A stretch of 64,000 nt of DNA from Sulfolobales archaeon (GCA_038897115.1 JAWAXC010000001.1:20313-84312); one strand, 5' to 3'. Numbered from the stretch's first letter, positions 1 through 10,906 are shown. Numbers and translations: made by a program. The notes: generated by a model not told the origin, from the letters alone.

Positions 1-1
1 A

Positions 2-169
2 ATGGATCTTATTGAGAAGAGGATGGACATGCTTGAGAGGAGAATGGAGTCTCTCGAGAAAAGGGTTGAAGGTTTGGAGGCTGATGTGAAGCAGATGAGG
101 GCTAGCATAGATAGCCTGAGAGATCTAATAATAAACAGACTCATAGACATAATAAGTAAGAGGCAATAA
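2..169 (+). CDS. small heptad-rich coiled-coil protein; N-terminus uncertain because it starts at the window edge
   Basis: Own translation: ATG at 2, TAA at 167-169, MDLIEKRMDMLERRMESLEKRVEGLEADVKQMRASIDSLRDLIINRLIDIISKRQ. Similar in character to the ORFs at 31534-31989. Confidence 0.3.
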   Translation: MDLIEKRMDMLERRMESLEKRVEGLEADVKQMRASIDSLRDLIINRLIDIISKRQ

Positions 170-403
170 ATATGTTATAAAACATATTATAATTTCTTTC
201 ACGTTGATGGGGTTTTCTATTTATTCTATCTTAAGGCTTGACAGGAATAGTGTTTTAAGAGCTGAGGATGGGCTATAGATGTGAAATCCCATGAGTCTAA
301 AAATATATGAAAGATTTAATTCCTTATATTAATATATTAATAACAAGGCATTTAGAGTATAGGGTGTAGGAGCAAAGGAATGATTAATTAGGGATTAGCT
401 CAT

Positions 404-1159
404 ATGCATATTGGTATATGTGATATGATTAGAGATGCTGGTGTTAATAAAGTTGAAAAGCTAAAATATAGGATACTAGCTGTTGAGGCTTTAAGAGCTG
501 CCAGGAGAATGTTGTCTCTTTCGTATAGACAGCTTGCTAAGGAAATCAATATGGACGAAACTATTCTGGCCCGCTATTCCGCAGGTCTTTCAGTACCTAG
601 TTATGAGCATGCTATTGAAATTTTGGAGGCTCTAAGAAGGGTTCTAGACCCAATTAAACTAGCTTTTTCAAGAGCTGGCGAGCTCAGAGGGTTTCTAGAT
701 CTGTCGCCTATATTATCAGATCCGTATATGTTAAAAATTCTAGCTATAGAATTTTATGAGAGATTCAGAGGTAGAAATATAAATAAAATATTAGTGCCCG
801 AGGCATCAGGTATAACTCTTGCAACAGCTATCTCAATTATCTTCGAGGCTACATTGGTTATAGCTAGAAGAATTAAGGATAACCCGGCTATAGAGTATTA
901 TGAGGAATCCATTATAGAGCCACCTACAACTAGAAATATATTCTATGTACCCAAGGATAGTTTAAGGAGAGGAGATAGAGTTCTTATAGTAGATGACATA
1001 GTTCAAACAGGATTAACATTAGCTGTTATGAAGAGATTTATAGATAGAGTAGGCGCTAAGTTAGAAGGAGTCGCAGCCCTCGTAATCATAGGTGATGAGT
1101 GGAGGAAAAGGGTTAGTGTAGAAAATATAGAGGCTATAATGAGGATCTCTAAAGTATAA
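404..1159 (+). CDS. HTH plus phosphoribosyltransferase-domain regulator (PurR/GfcR/PyrE-like type)
   Basis: N-terminal XRE-like HTH (LSYRQLAKEINMDETILARYSAGLSVPSYEHAIEILEAL) fused to a type-I PRTase fold with a PRPP loop (RVLIVDDIVQTGLTL). Confidence 0.6.
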   Translation: MHIGICDMIRDAGVNKVEKLKYRILAVEALRAARRMLSLSYRQLAKEINMDETILARYSAGLSVPSYEHAIEILEALRRVLDPIKLAFSRAGELRGFLDLSPILSDPYMLKILAIEFYERFRGRNINKILVPEASGITLATAISIIFEATLVIARRIKDNPAIEYYEESIIEPPTTRNIFYVPKDSLRRGDRVLIVDDIVQTGLTLAVMKRFIDRVGAKLEGVAALVIIGDEWRKRVSVENIEAIMRISKV

Positions 1160-1252
1160 TGTGTTGATGTGTACAAATCAATATACCCATTAAATATTGA
1201 TTACATACCAATATTTAAACTGAATTAAAAATGCAAATATTGGGATCGTGTT

Positions 1253-2554
1253 ATGGAGAGAAGAAGCTTTCTAAGGCTAGCTGGTATAGGCCTCGCAAGC
1301 CTCGCAATAGGCCTTGCAGGAGGCTATGCAATACGCAGTCCTCAGACTATTGAGAGACTCATCACAATAACATCTACGCAGCAAACCGCTAGAAAGGTAA
1401 AAACACTCTGGATCTATGTGGGCCCAGTCACAGATATAGGTTGGACAGCAGCACATAACGAGGGTAGAATATATGTCGAGAGAAGATTCAATGGCTTAGT
1501 AGAGACTAAGTTTATAGAGAAGGTTTCCGAGGCAGAGGCTAGGAAGGTAATAGAGGCTGAGCTGACAAGGGAAAAGTACGATGCCGTCTTCGCCACTAGC
1601 TATGGCTTTAAATATGCGGTTAAGGAGCTGGCCAGGGATTTTAAAGATATTAAATTCTATCACTGTAGTGGTGAGTTCGAGGAGTTCGAGGATCTCCCAA
1701 ATGTAACTACATATTTTGCTGAATTCTACCAGCTCTATTATCTCAATGGAATCGCGGCAGGAGCTGTTACTGAAACATGTAAGGTAGGCTATGTACCAGC
1801 ATTCTTAATACCAGAGGTGATTAGACATATAAATGCATTTGCATTAGGAGCTGTTTATGGGGCAAAGCTTATGAATAAATGTAAAGGTGGTGAGGGCCTT
1901 GAGATCTATGTTACATCTCCTCTAGGAGCATGGTTCAGCCCCGATGCCGCGGCTAATAGCGCTAGATACCTAATTGAAAGGCGTAACGTAGATGTCATAG
2001 CATATACTGAAGATACAACAGCTGTGTTAGATGTAGCTGAGTCTTACCAGGAGAGGGGTGTTAAGGTATATAGCTTCAGTCACTATAGCAATATGTATGA
2101 ATATTATAGAAAGGCGGGTAAGAGTCTAAAATCCCATCTTACAGGGCAGATAGCTAATTGGGGCCCTATATATGAATATTTAATAGCTAGGCTAATAGCT
2201 AATGTGTTTATAAAAGAAGATATATGGGCTAGGATAGGAGATTTCACACAATTTAGGTGGAGGAGATCAGTGGGTAAGTCCACGGCTGGAAGTCCTGAAG
2301 GCGCAGTCTATCTAGCACCTCTGAACACCGAGGTGATACCCTCTAAAGCGTTGAATGAGATCAAGAAGCTCTATGAGGATATGAAGGAAATGATCTTCGA
2401 ACCATTTTCAGGACCAATAAGGGGTTATAAGGTGAGCGCTGACGGCAAGCCTCAGGAGGAGCCCAAGATCAAGGTAGAGGCTGGTTCAAGGCTTGGCAGA
2501 AACGAGCTATGGTATATGGATTGGTTCTACGAGAAGATAATCTCACCAGCATAG
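1253..2554 (+). CDS. BMP/PnrA-family ABC substrate-binding protein (nucleoside/purine type)
   Basis: Twin-arginine-like signal MERRSFLRLAGIGLASLA. BMP-like core, and first gene of an ABC operon. Confidence 0.75.
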   Translation: MERRSFLRLAGIGLASLAIGLAGGYAIRSPQTIERLITITSTQQTARKVKTLWIYVGPVTDIGWTAAHNEGRIYVERRFNGLVETKFIEKVSEAEARKVIEAELTREKYDAVFATSYGFKYAVKELARDFKDIKFYHCSGEFEEFEDLPNVTTYFAEFYQLYYLNGIAAGAVTETCKVGYVPAFLIPEVIRHINAFALGAVYGAKLMNKCKGGEGLEIYVTSPLGAWFSPDAAANSARYLIERRNVDVIAYTEDTTAVLDVAESYQERGVKVYSFSHYSNMYEYYRKAGKSLKSHLTGQIANWGPIYEYLIARLIANVFIKEDIWARIGDFTQFRWRRSVGKSTAGSPEGAVYLAPLNTEVIPSKALNEIKKLYEDMKEMIFEPFSGPIRGYKVSADGKPQEEPKIKVEAGSRLGRNELWYMDWFYEKIISPA

Positions 2555-2564
2555 GGACTAGGCC

Positions 2565-4070
2565 ATGGATAATATTTTAGAGGCTAAGGGTATAAGTGTT
2601 ATCTACCCCAATGGCGTTGTAGCGAACAATGATGTGAATCTAGAGGTGCATAGAGGCGAGGTTCTAGCGCTATTAGGTGAGAATGGGGCTGGCAAAACCA
2701 CCTTCATCAAGGTTGTGGCGGGCCTTATCAAACCCCTCAAAGGTGAGATCCTGATTGATGGTGAGAGGTATAGTCCATCAAGCTATAGAGATGCCCTGAG
2801 ACGCGGGATCTACATGGTTCCCCAGAACCCAAAACTCTTTGATGGCCTTACGGTTCTCGAGGACATAGTACTTACCTTGAGAACCGCTGGAAGGATTTCT
2901 GATAGAAGAGATGTTCTCACGAGGATCTCTGCTTTAAGTGAGAGGCTGGGGATCAAACTAGATCTGTCGCGTAAGTGTTGGACTCTTTCGATAGGTGAGA
3001 AGCAGAGGGTTGAAATACTTAAAGCACTATTACTCGATTCTAAACTCATAATGTTTGATGAACCTACAACCCATATGACACCTCACGAGTTTCTAGGTTT
3101 TCAAGAAATATTGAGAACCATTGTGGCTGAGGGTAGATCAGCGATCTTTGTAACACATAAAATACACGAGGCTCTAAAGACTGCTAATAGGATAGCCGTT
3201 ATGAGAAGAGGTAAGGTAGTAGGGGTTCTAGATAAGGATAGAGCTGATAAGAGGCTCCTCGTTGAGCTTATGTTCGACAGTAATAGCTCTGCAGAATTTT
3301 CCCAACATCAGTTAGAGATCGAGGCATCTTTAGGCGAGGTTCTGCTTAAGGTTAAAGATCTATGGGTAAGGGACTACTATGGCCAGCTAGCTGTTAGAGG
3401 CGTTAGCTTTACAGTTAGAAGAGGTGAGGTGCTAGGAGTAGCAGGGGTTGCTGGCAATGGGCAATTGGAGCTTTTCGAGGCTATAGTTGGTTTGAGAAAA
3501 CCAGCCAAGGGATCTATAATTCTTGATGGAGAGGATGTAACATCTAAGGGTCCTGAGTATAGGGTTAGGAAGGGTCTAGCTATTGTGCCTGAAGAGAGGC
3601 TTGGCTGGGGTCTTGTACAGGGTCTTTCCATAGCTGAGAATATAGCTTTCTCATTGCTATCTATTAATTCCATGTTTAAGGGGGTGTTAATTAACTGGGG
3701 ACTAGTTAGAAGGGTATCTAAGGAGATAGTATCTATGGTGAATATTAAAAGTATAGGTATAGATATGCCTGTAGATACTCTCAGTGGAGGGAATATGCAG
3801 AAGCTTATGGTTGCTAGGGAGCTATATAAGAGGCCAAGGGTTTTAGTTGCTATGAATCCAACTGGCGGGCTTGATCTTAGCACGGCAGTCATCGTTAGGA
3901 ATATGATTTTAGAAAATGCTAGAAACTCAGCTACACTTGTGATCTCCGAAGATCTGGAGGAGCTTCTCACGATATCAACCAGAATAGTTGTTTTGAGTAA
4001 AGGCTCTATTAAGGGCACCTATTCAAAACCATTTATTGTTGATAATATAATCAGAGCTATGGTTAATTAG
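2565..4070 (+). CDS. ABC transporter ATP-binding protein with duplicated ATPase domains
   Basis: Walker A GENGAGKTT and GVAGNGQ. Signatures LSIGEKQRV and LSGGNMQKL. Confidence 0.9.
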   Translation: MDNILEAKGISVIYPNGVVANNDVNLEVHRGEVLALLGENGAGKTTFIKVVAGLIKPLKGEILIDGERYSPSSYRDALRRGIYMVPQNPKLFDGLTVLEDIVLTLRTAGRISDRRDVLTRISALSERLGIKLDLSRKCWTLSIGEKQRVEILKALLLDSKLIMFDEPTTHMTPHEFLGFQEILRTIVAEGRSAIFVTHKIHEALKTANRIAVMRRGKVVGVLDKDRADKRLLVELMFDSNSSAEFSQHQLEIEASLGEVLLKVKDLWVRDYYGQLAVRGVSFTVRRGEVLGVAGVAGNGQLELFEAIVGLRKPAKGSIILDGEDVTSKGPEYRVRKGLAIVPEERLGWGLVQGLSIAENIAFSLLSINSMFKGVLINWGLVRRVSKEIVSMVNIKSIGIDMPVDTLSGGNMQKLMVARELYKRPRVLVAMNPTGGLDLSTAVIVRNMILENARNSATLVISEDLEELLTISTRIVVLSKGSIKGTYSKPFIVDNIIRAMVN

Positions 4071-4085
4071 TACTAGGGATATTGA

Positions 4086-5078
4086 ATGTATATAGAGGAG
4101 AAGCTAAAGGCATTAGTAAGAGTCTCTCTAGGGCTTATAATAGGTTTTTCCATAGCGATAGCTTTAGGGGCCCTGAGCCCTATAGGATTAATAGGTATTA
4201 TCAATGCCATAGCCTGGGTCTATACAAATCCAGCTCCTCTATTGCTAAGCCTAACTATCTTGGGTCCTATAGCATCCTCAGCCGTTGGCCTAACGCTAGC
4301 ATATAGAGCTAGATTCATAACAGTAGGGGCTGAGGGTCAGGTCTTGCTAGGTGCGGCTATAACGCTCTGGTTTCTAGCATATTCAGGCTTAGATCTAGAT
4401 CCCTTTGCAGCGATTCCAGCGTCAATGCTTCTTGCAGGACTCTCAGCAATGCTTCTCGGTGCTATACCAGCCGTGCTTAGAATATACTTTAATGCTAATG
4501 AGATACTTATTAGCTTAATGCTTAACTATATCGTATTATATATGATCAATCATATAGTCTCGGGTCCATGGAGAGTCGGGGCTTTTGCTATAACAAGGAG
4601 TATCGATACTAAATATAGAGTTGGAGCTGAAGTAATTTTAGCCTTATCGATTTTTATATCACTTATATGTTGGATCATTTTCTCAAGAACTAAGCTAGGC
4701 CTGATGATCGAAGTTTATGGCAGGGCCCCAAAGGCTGCTGAGACATATGGCTTAGATCCCAGAGTTATTATATATTTAACAGCCATAATATCATCATTAG
4801 TTGCAGGCATCGGAGGTTCGCTGATGATGTTAGGCTTTCAATATAGCTTATCCCCTATGAGTGTTACTCCAGGCTATGGATATATGGGGGTTCTAGCAGC
4901 TTGGTTCTCAGGAAACAACCCCATCGTAGCCCTCATAGCATCTTGGTTCTTCTCCTCAATCTTCGTCCTTGGCAGATCTCTACAGGCTAGTGGGCTCCCA
5001 ATAGGATATGTGCTTGCAATACAATCAATAATTGTTCTATCTGTGCTAGCCTCTAAGAGAATATTCTTGAGGCGGTGA
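4086..5078 (+). CDS. ABC transporter permease
   Basis: Polytopic hydrophobic protein, tightly spaced after the ATPase gene. Confidence 0.85.
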   Translation: MYIEEKLKALVRVSLGLIIGFSIAIALGALSPIGLIGIINAIAWVYTNPAPLLLSLTILGPIASSAVGLTLAYRARFITVGAEGQVLLGAAITLWFLAYSGLDLDPFAAIPASMLLAGLSAMLLGAIPAVLRIYFNANEILISLMLNYIVLYMINHIVSGPWRVGAFAITRSIDTKYRVGAEVILALSIFISLICWIIFSRTKLGLMIEVYGRAPKAAETYGLDPRVIIYLTAIISSLVAGIGGSLMMLGFQYSLSPMSVTPGYGYMGVLAAWFSGNNPIVALIASWFFSSIFVLGRSLQASGLPIGYVLAIQSIIVLSVLASKRIFLRR

Positions 5079-5929
5079 GGATGATCATTATAGACTATTT
5101 AATAATAGCTCTAGCAACAGGGGCACCCATAATTCTAGCTGCTTTGGGGGAGGCTGTTGTAGAGAGAAGTGGTAGGGTTAATCTAGGGGTTGAGGGTATG
5201 ATGGCTTTCTCAGCCTCGATCGCTGTTGCTCTATCAGCATTCACAGGATCTCCTATAGTAGGGCTCATTGGGGGTGCTCTTTCAGGGATGGTGTTAGCAA
5301 GTATATATATTGCTACTGTCATAGCTCTAAAGCTAGATCAGATCGCTGTAGGTCTAATACTCTCATTAGCTGGTATGGGACTAGCAGATCTTATGGCAAG
5401 CCTTGGATATAGAATAGGAGCTAACATAGCACAATATTCTCTAGCTCATAACATGATTCTAGCCTTGACCCTCCTGCTAGCCCTAGTACTATGGTTTATA
5501 CTCTATAGGACACAGCTGGGGATAGAGATAAGGGCTATAGGTTATGATGAGGCTTTAGCGGGGGATAGGGGGCTTAGAGTAGATCTGCTAAGAGCCCTAA
5601 CAATATTGATCGGAGGTATGTTAGCAGGTTTAGCAGGTGCATATATGGCTCTAGTGCTCTTCGGAGGCAAATACTTCTCAGGTTTAACAAGTGGTTGGGG
5701 ATGGCTAGCAGTAGGTTCAGTAATCCTTGGCTACTGGCACCCACTAGGAGTGGCTGCGGCAGCATATCTAATAGGATTACTACTAGCTCTGAGACCTTTT
5801 CTAGCACCGCTTGGCCTAGCAGGTGTTATAGTTACTACAATGCCTTATATAATGGTAGTGATTTCACTTATCATAATATCTCTACTCTCCTTAAAAAAGC
5901 CCTATATAAAGCCACCAAAGATCATATAG
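5075..5929 (+). CDS. ABC transporter permease
   Basis: 4-nt overlap with the preceding permease; polytopic membrane protein. Confidence 0.85.
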   Translation: MRMIIIDYLIIALATGAPIILAALGEAVVERSGRVNLGVEGMMAFSASIAVALSAFTGSPIVGLIGGALSGMVLASIYIATVIALKLDQIAVGLILSLAGMGLADLMASLGYRIGANIAQYSLAHNMILALTLLLALVLWFILYRTQLGIEIRAIGYDEALAGDRGLRVDLLRALTILIGGMLAGLAGAYMALVLFGGKYFSGLTSGWGWLAVGSVILGYWHPLGVAAAAYLIGLLLALRPFLAPLGLAGVIVTTMPYIMVVISLIIISLLSLKKPYIKPPKII

Positions 5930-6121
5930 GGCTTAAATGAATATATATATTATATGCTAAATAGTATGCCAGCTCTGTAGTAAAACTATTATGCTGAGGG
6001 GCAGAAGCATTGTTTATAGTGTTTTAGGGATGTTTTACTCTTTTCAGACTATTATGCTAATGCATTTCTATAAACTCCCAAAGCTAATAAATGTAACAAT
6101 GACCCCGAGTTTCCGAGATCC

Positions 6122-6197
6122 GGCTGAACCGCCGTAGCTTGCTTGGAGAAGATCGTGAGGAACCTAGGAATGGAACAACGGCTCTCAGGTAAACGGT
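6122..6197 (+). ncRNA. candidate small RNA or conserved intergenic motif, copy 1
   Basis: GGCTGAACCGCCGTAGCTTGCTTGGAGAAGATCGTGAGGAACCT...ACGGCTCTCAGGTAAACGGT. Shares its 5' roughly 45 nt and 3' roughly 18 nt with 11360-11460. A TATA-like ctaataaatg lies about 25 nt upstream. Confidence 0.3.
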
Positions 6198-6575
6198 TAA
6201 ATATATCTACATATTTTAAGTTTGATGGTTTGGGGTGGATTGTATTATATATTAGGAGTTTTTAAGGCTTTTTAATAAGCTCTGCAGACCCTCCTTCTCG
6301 ATCACATGGTAATGTTATCTTAACAGACGCTTAAATAGCCCAGAAGATAGCTCTGCGAGATAGCTGGAAAATGGAGAAGTTTTTAATAGGGTTAACAGAT
6401 GGGTTCAGATGATAGTGATGCTTAACATAGAGGAAGGTAGATAAGGAGCTATTAAGCCCTGCTCTACTCTAAACATGCTTATGTAAATCTTTATATAATA
6501 TTTTCTTTAAGGATCTTAAAGGAATAAGATTTATACGTGCTCTAGGGATTAGTTTTTGGCAAGGTGTGATGGTAT

Positions 6576-9083
6576 ATGGAAATAAAATGTAGATATATTA
6601 GTAAAAGATCTAAAATATACTATATATCACTACTATTCATATTGCTGATTACACTACACACATATCCAGCTGTAGTCCATCAAGAGCAGGATACGGTATC
6701 CAGTGAAATAGATGTGTGGGTTGATAGAAAGCCATCAATAGATCCTGATCTCTTATCCCTTATCCAGAGTATAGGATCTAATGATAATATCGATGTAATT
6801 ATAAGCTTTATGGATAATAATGCTAAGCTAGGATTCTCAAGGCTGATTCTCCAGCTCGATCCTGGAGCCTATATATTCGAGGAACTACCAATGATCAGAG
6901 CTGTGCTTCCAAAGTGGTTCTTACAGATCTTAATCAATAGCCAGGAAATCGTGTCTATATATCTTAATAAAAAGCTTGAGTATTTCTTAAGGGAGTCTAC
7001 GGAGCTCATAAATGCTACTAAAGTTTGGGAGGGTATCGGATCTCCCAAAACATGTGGCGCTGGGGTAGGTGTTGCTGTAATAGATACCGGGGCTGATCAG
7101 ACGCATCCCGATTTGAGAGACGCTGTAGTTGTAAATGTTAAGATCGTTAATAATGTTGTGATTAATGCTACAGGCTTAAACACAGATCTAACTTCTGGGC
7201 ATGGAACCCATGTAGCTGGGATAGTAGGGGGTAGGGGGATTGCTAGTCAGGGGTACTACAGGGGGGTTGCACCATGTGTAAATATTATCAGCATAAGTGC
7301 TGGCGAGGCTCTCTTTATCCTTACAGCGCTTCAGGCCTTTGACTGGGTTATAAAGAATTATAAGGTATATAATATAAGGGTTATAAGCAATAGCTGGGGA
7401 ACAACGGCTACTAATATAGATCCTTGGGATCCGATAAACCTAGCAAGCTACGAGGCATATAGAAGAGGCATAGTAGTGGTTTTCGCTGCTGGAAATAGCG
7501 GTCCTCGGATCGATACTTTGAATAAGTATAGCATTGTACCGTGGGTCATAGGCGTTGCTGCTGGGACTAAGGAGGGAGAATTAGCATATTTCTCCTCAAG
7601 AGGCGTTCCAGGACATATTTTTAAGAAACCAACCATAACAGCTCCTGGAGTGGATATAGTATCGGCTAGAACAAGTACTATCGCTATAACAGCCACAGAT
7701 CCTAACCCCAACCCAGTTAATATATCCTGGACTATTTACTATGCCTCTCTATCGGGAACATCTATGGCGACACCCCACGTCTCGGGTGTCGTAGCTCTAA
7801 TGCTGAGCGTTAATCCAAATCTATCGCCTGATCAGGTTAAAGATATACTTACATCAACCGCTACTCCAATGCCTGGATACGGCGAGTTCGAGGCTGGGGC
7901 TGGATATATAAATGCTCAAGCTGCCGTCTATATGGCTTCAATCACTAAGGGCGAGCTTCCTAGTTGGAAGCCTAGGTGGAGTCCTGAGAAGCTCCAAGAG
8001 TATCTTGGAATGACCATCTATACAGGGGATCTTCTACCCTCGCAAAGGATAATCCAGGGCACAGCACCACCTGGGGAGAGGGTTATCGGAATCCTTGGAG
8101 GGGCTAGCCCTAGACATAATGTTAGTATATCTCCCTTCTACTCGATAGTCCCTATAAAAGTGGTTGCAGAGCTTAGCTGGACCTTAGCAACGTGTGATCT
8201 CGACTTAGCAGTCTACGATCCCAGTGGGAATCTGATAGCATATTCAGGCGCTCTCCTAGGGCCTGAGAGCCTGGAGTTTTATGTAAATAGGGTTTATGGT
8301 AACTATACCTTTGAGATTGTAGTATGGCTGTGCCCGGCGCCTACACCCTATACCCTGAATGTAACAATACTTTATGGAGATCCTAGATATCTTAAGATCA
8401 TAGGGCCTAAACCCATGATCCAGAAGGTGCCCTATGATCTTTATATAACCACGCCTAGGATCTTTAAAGTTATAGATGGTGTTGGCATCGCATCCACATA
8501 TTTCAGAGCTGGGGATAGCGCGTTTGTAAGGTTCTCCGCGTTTTATATAAATGGATCTCCAGCGCCATCACTTAATCTAACAGTTTCATTTATACATGAT
8601 ACAGGGGTCGAGGTATACTCTTCAAAGGCTAGAGACCTTGGTGGGGGCTCATACCAGGTCGATCTATCATTCAATGAAACATGGCCAAGCGGTAGATATC
8701 TCATAGTGATTAGAGGGCCATATAGCATGGTTGCCGATAAATCCAACTTTTATCTAAATTGGCTAGGTGTTTTCATCAAACCACATACTAGGATCCTTAG
8801 TCCAGGATCTATATTAACGCTCTATCTAAGAACCGTGACTCTAAATAGCGTAGGCCCTGGGAAACTAAGTATGGAGCCTGTAGCAGCAACATATAAGATA
8901 TACATCAATGGCAGTCTTACTGACTTCGCAATCGACACAATACTAAATGAATGGGTAGCTATACAAGTTAAACTCCCACAGACCCAGGGATTCCTTGTAA
9001 TTAGAATCGAAGCTAGCTACTCAGAACCTCTAACCAACATATATTGGAGGGGATTTGTAGAAACATGGGTAGTAACTAAATAA
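6576..9083 (+). CDS. secreted subtilisin-like serine protease (S8 family) with a large C-terminal extension
   Basis: Catalytic triad motifs VAVIDTGAD, GHGTHVAGI, SGTSMATPHVSG. N-terminal hydrophobic signal/anchor. Confidence 0.9.
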   Translation: MEIKCRYISKRSKIYYISLLFILLITLHTYPAVVHQEQDTVSSEIDVWVDRKPSIDPDLLSLIQSIGSNDNIDVIISFMDNNAKLGFSRLILQLDPGAYIFEELPMIRAVLPKWFLQILINSQEIVSIYLNKKLEYFLRESTELINATKVWEGIGSPKTCGAGVGVAVIDTGADQTHPDLRDAVVVNVKIVNNVVINATGLNTDLTSGHGTHVAGIVGGRGIASQGYYRGVAPCVNIISISAGEALFILTALQAFDWVIKNYKVYNIRVISNSWGTTATNIDPWDPINLASYEAYRRGIVVVFAAGNSGPRIDTLNKYSIVPWVIGVAAGTKEGELAYFSSRGVPGHIFKKPTITAPGVDIVSARTSTIAITATDPNPNPVNISWTIYYASLSGTSMATPHVSGVVALMLSVNPNLSPDQVKDILTSTATPMPGYGEFEAGAGYINAQAAVYMASITKGELPSWKPRWSPEKLQEYLGMTIYTGDLLPSQRIIQGTAPPGERVIGILGGASPRHNVSISPFYSIVPIKVVAELSWTLATCDLDLAVYDPSGNLIAYSGALLGPESLEFYVNRVYGNYTFEIVVWLCPAPTPYTLNVTILYGDPRYLKIIGPKPMIQKVPYDLYITTPRIFKVIDGVGIASTYFRAGDSAFVRFSAFYINGSPAPSLNLTVSFIHDTGVEVYSSKARDLGGGSYQVDLSFNETWPSGRYLIVIRGPYSMVADKSNFYLNWLGVFIKPHTRILSPGSILTLYLRTVTLNSVGPGKLSMEPVAATYKIYINGSLTDFAIDTILNEWVAIQVKLPQTQGFLVIRIEASYSEPLTNIYWRGFVETWVVTK

Positions 9084-9128
9084 CACTTAAATACCAACAT
9101 ATTCTAGATAGTCGAAATACCCTGAATC

Positions 9129-9134
9129 TTTTTT
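9129..9134 (+). terminator. oligo-T tract downstream of the protease gene
   Basis: A T6 run about 45 nt after the stop, with a second T5 at about 9145. Archaeal terminators are oligo-T. Confidence 0.3.
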
Positions 9135-9655
9135 ATGAATCCTGTTTTTGCTGTAATAGCTAAACTCTGAGTTAGTGGGGCATCGAATTTATTATCTATA
9201 GATAGTTCTAACCTCTTTTAGACATGTATTAGTAATCTCCAGGGATGTATCGATTCCCTCCCGATCGGGATCTTCGAAGACTATTAGAGCAGAAAGCCAT
9301 ATCCTGAGAGAGTAGGGAAGGTGCTAGAGCTAGATGTAATCAGTGTTAAAAGGGTAAGGGCTGAGAACAATTTAATTGTCAGCATATAAAATACACTATG
9401 TTTATAGCCAATTGATTAGAAATGGCTAAGCATTCACTAAGACCGAGGGGCTTGCGAAATTATTCTCAGCCCTAGGAAAATTTAAGTTCTAGCTGTGTCT
9501 CTTATTAGTGTGCTCTGATTCCCAAGATCTGTGGCTCTCTAAGGCTACTATGAAGGGGCCGAAGTACCGCTGTGACGAACCCGGGGGTATTTTTCCACCT
9601 TCGGGTAGATGGTTTGTTATATGCTTTTTTGCGTAGTTTTTCTTAGGAGAGTTTC

Positions 9656-10366
9656 TTGCCTCAGATTGTATTGAATATCCCTGATGATTTGTATAGAGCT
9701 ATTTTGGAGAGGGCTTCTAGGGAGGGTTATAAGGATCCTTCTGAGTATCTTTTACGCATCATAGTCTCTGCGCTATCCTCCCAAGCCCTGGATCTGGGGA
9801 GGTTTATAGAGGATCTTGTTGCTAGATATGCATCTAGATCTGAGAGGAAGCTCTCGGATATTCTCAATGCATATACATCTAAGATAGAGGAGCTGGCCTC
9901 TAAAATAGCTTCTCTCTATGAGGATTTTGAGGAGATCAAATCGAAGATCCAGGATATAGAGGGTAGGCTCCAGGAGATGGAGAGAGGTGGTGAGAAAGAG
10001 GCCCCGGTGGAGAGGCAGGCACAGCAGGCTCAGGCTAGGAGGGCAACTGCTATAGAGATTCTGAAGCAGCAGAAGGTATTCTACGAATCATCGATCTATG
10101 GTAAGATAAAGAATAGGGATAAGTTCTTCCAGAAACTCGAGAGAGAAGGAGCTGTTATAATCAACACAGAGAAGGAGAGAATAGCTGTTGATAAGGATTT
10201 CTGGGAGAGCTTCACATCTAAGATCTCGAGGATAAGGGGCGATAGCGATGAGGCGATAAGATCTGTGCTGAGCGATAGGAAAGAGCTAGAGCTATTCGAG
10301 AGGCTAAAGGAATCTGCAAATCTAATCTATGATGCAACGGAGAAGAGATGGAAGCTGGTAATATGA
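9656..10366 (+). CDS. ribbon-helix-helix (CopG-like) N-terminal domain protein with a coiled-coil middle; function unknown
   Basis: TTG start. MPQIVLNIPDDLYRAILERASREGYKDPSEYLLRIIVSAL is an RHH-like beta-alpha-alpha pattern. Heptad-rich centre. Confidence 0.45.
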   Translation: MPQIVLNIPDDLYRAILERASREGYKDPSEYLLRIIVSALSSQALDLGRFIEDLVARYASRSERKLSDILNAYTSKIEELASKIASLYEDFEEIKSKIQDIEGRLQEMERGGEKEAPVERQAQQAQARRATAIEILKQQKVFYESSIYGKIKNRDKFFQKLEREGAVIINTEKERIAVDKDFWESFTSKISRIRGDSDEAIRSVLSDRKELELFERLKESANLIYDATEKRWKLVI

Positions 10367-10572
10367 AGACATAGATCAGCAGAACCAGCGCTGGGTGAGA
10401 ACCCTCTAGCCCCAGAAAGGGGGATCTCCGCTTTAAAAGGGCCTAGATATAGCTCATAAGAAAAAGATCTGTTTAGAAGGAGAAACGATAGACCTCCATG
10501 TTTTGAAACCCTTTCTAAATCGATCGACAACTAGATCTTGATCATCTCCTCTGGTGCAATGAATCTTCTATA

Positions 10573-10851
10573 TCATCTCTCGAAAATCTCCGGCGTTGTG
10601 ATATGCAGCTCTATAGGTGCCTCTAACCTTCTATATACCTCAACCATGATTAGGTATTTCAGCTCTATACGCCTCGTTATAACGAGTATATCTGTATCAC
10701 TCGCAGCAGTATATCTACCCCTAACCACAGAGCCAAAGACATATACCTCGGCCTCGGGATCTATCTCCATGATTATCTCCTTAGCCCTCCTCGCAACCTC
10801 CATATAGTTCTCCAGATACCTAAGCACTCTATCCTCATACCTGCTCAACAA
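10573..10851 (-). CDS. minimal nucleotidyltransferase (MNT-type, pol-beta superfamily)
   Basis: VYVFGSVVRGRYTAASDTDILVI (GS...DxD). The longest ORF reaches 11007, but that Ser-rich extension is antisense to a better ORF. I place the start at TTG 10851, or possibly ATG 10803. Confidence 0.65.
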   Translation of the reverse strand: MLSRYEDRVLRYLENYMEVARRAKEIIMEIDPEAEVYVFGSVVRGRYTAASDTDILVITRRIELKYLIMVEVYRRLEAPIELHITTPEIFER

Positions 10852-10906
10852 TGAGTTTAAATACCTCCAGAATAAACCTAAGTGAGATCCATTGTAACTG
10901 AAAGCG

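Noticed and set aside
3377-4018. Long antisense ORFs inside well-supported genes. Examples: 3377-4018, 14303-14785, 26181-26552, 31509-31940, 35624-35983, 38033-38491, 46278-46670, 53746-54168, 57461-57823.
   Set aside because: Their translations are Ser/Leu/Pro/Thr-rich and low in complexity, with no motifs. Each lies opposite a gene with clear catalytic signatures, so they are typical shadow ORFs.
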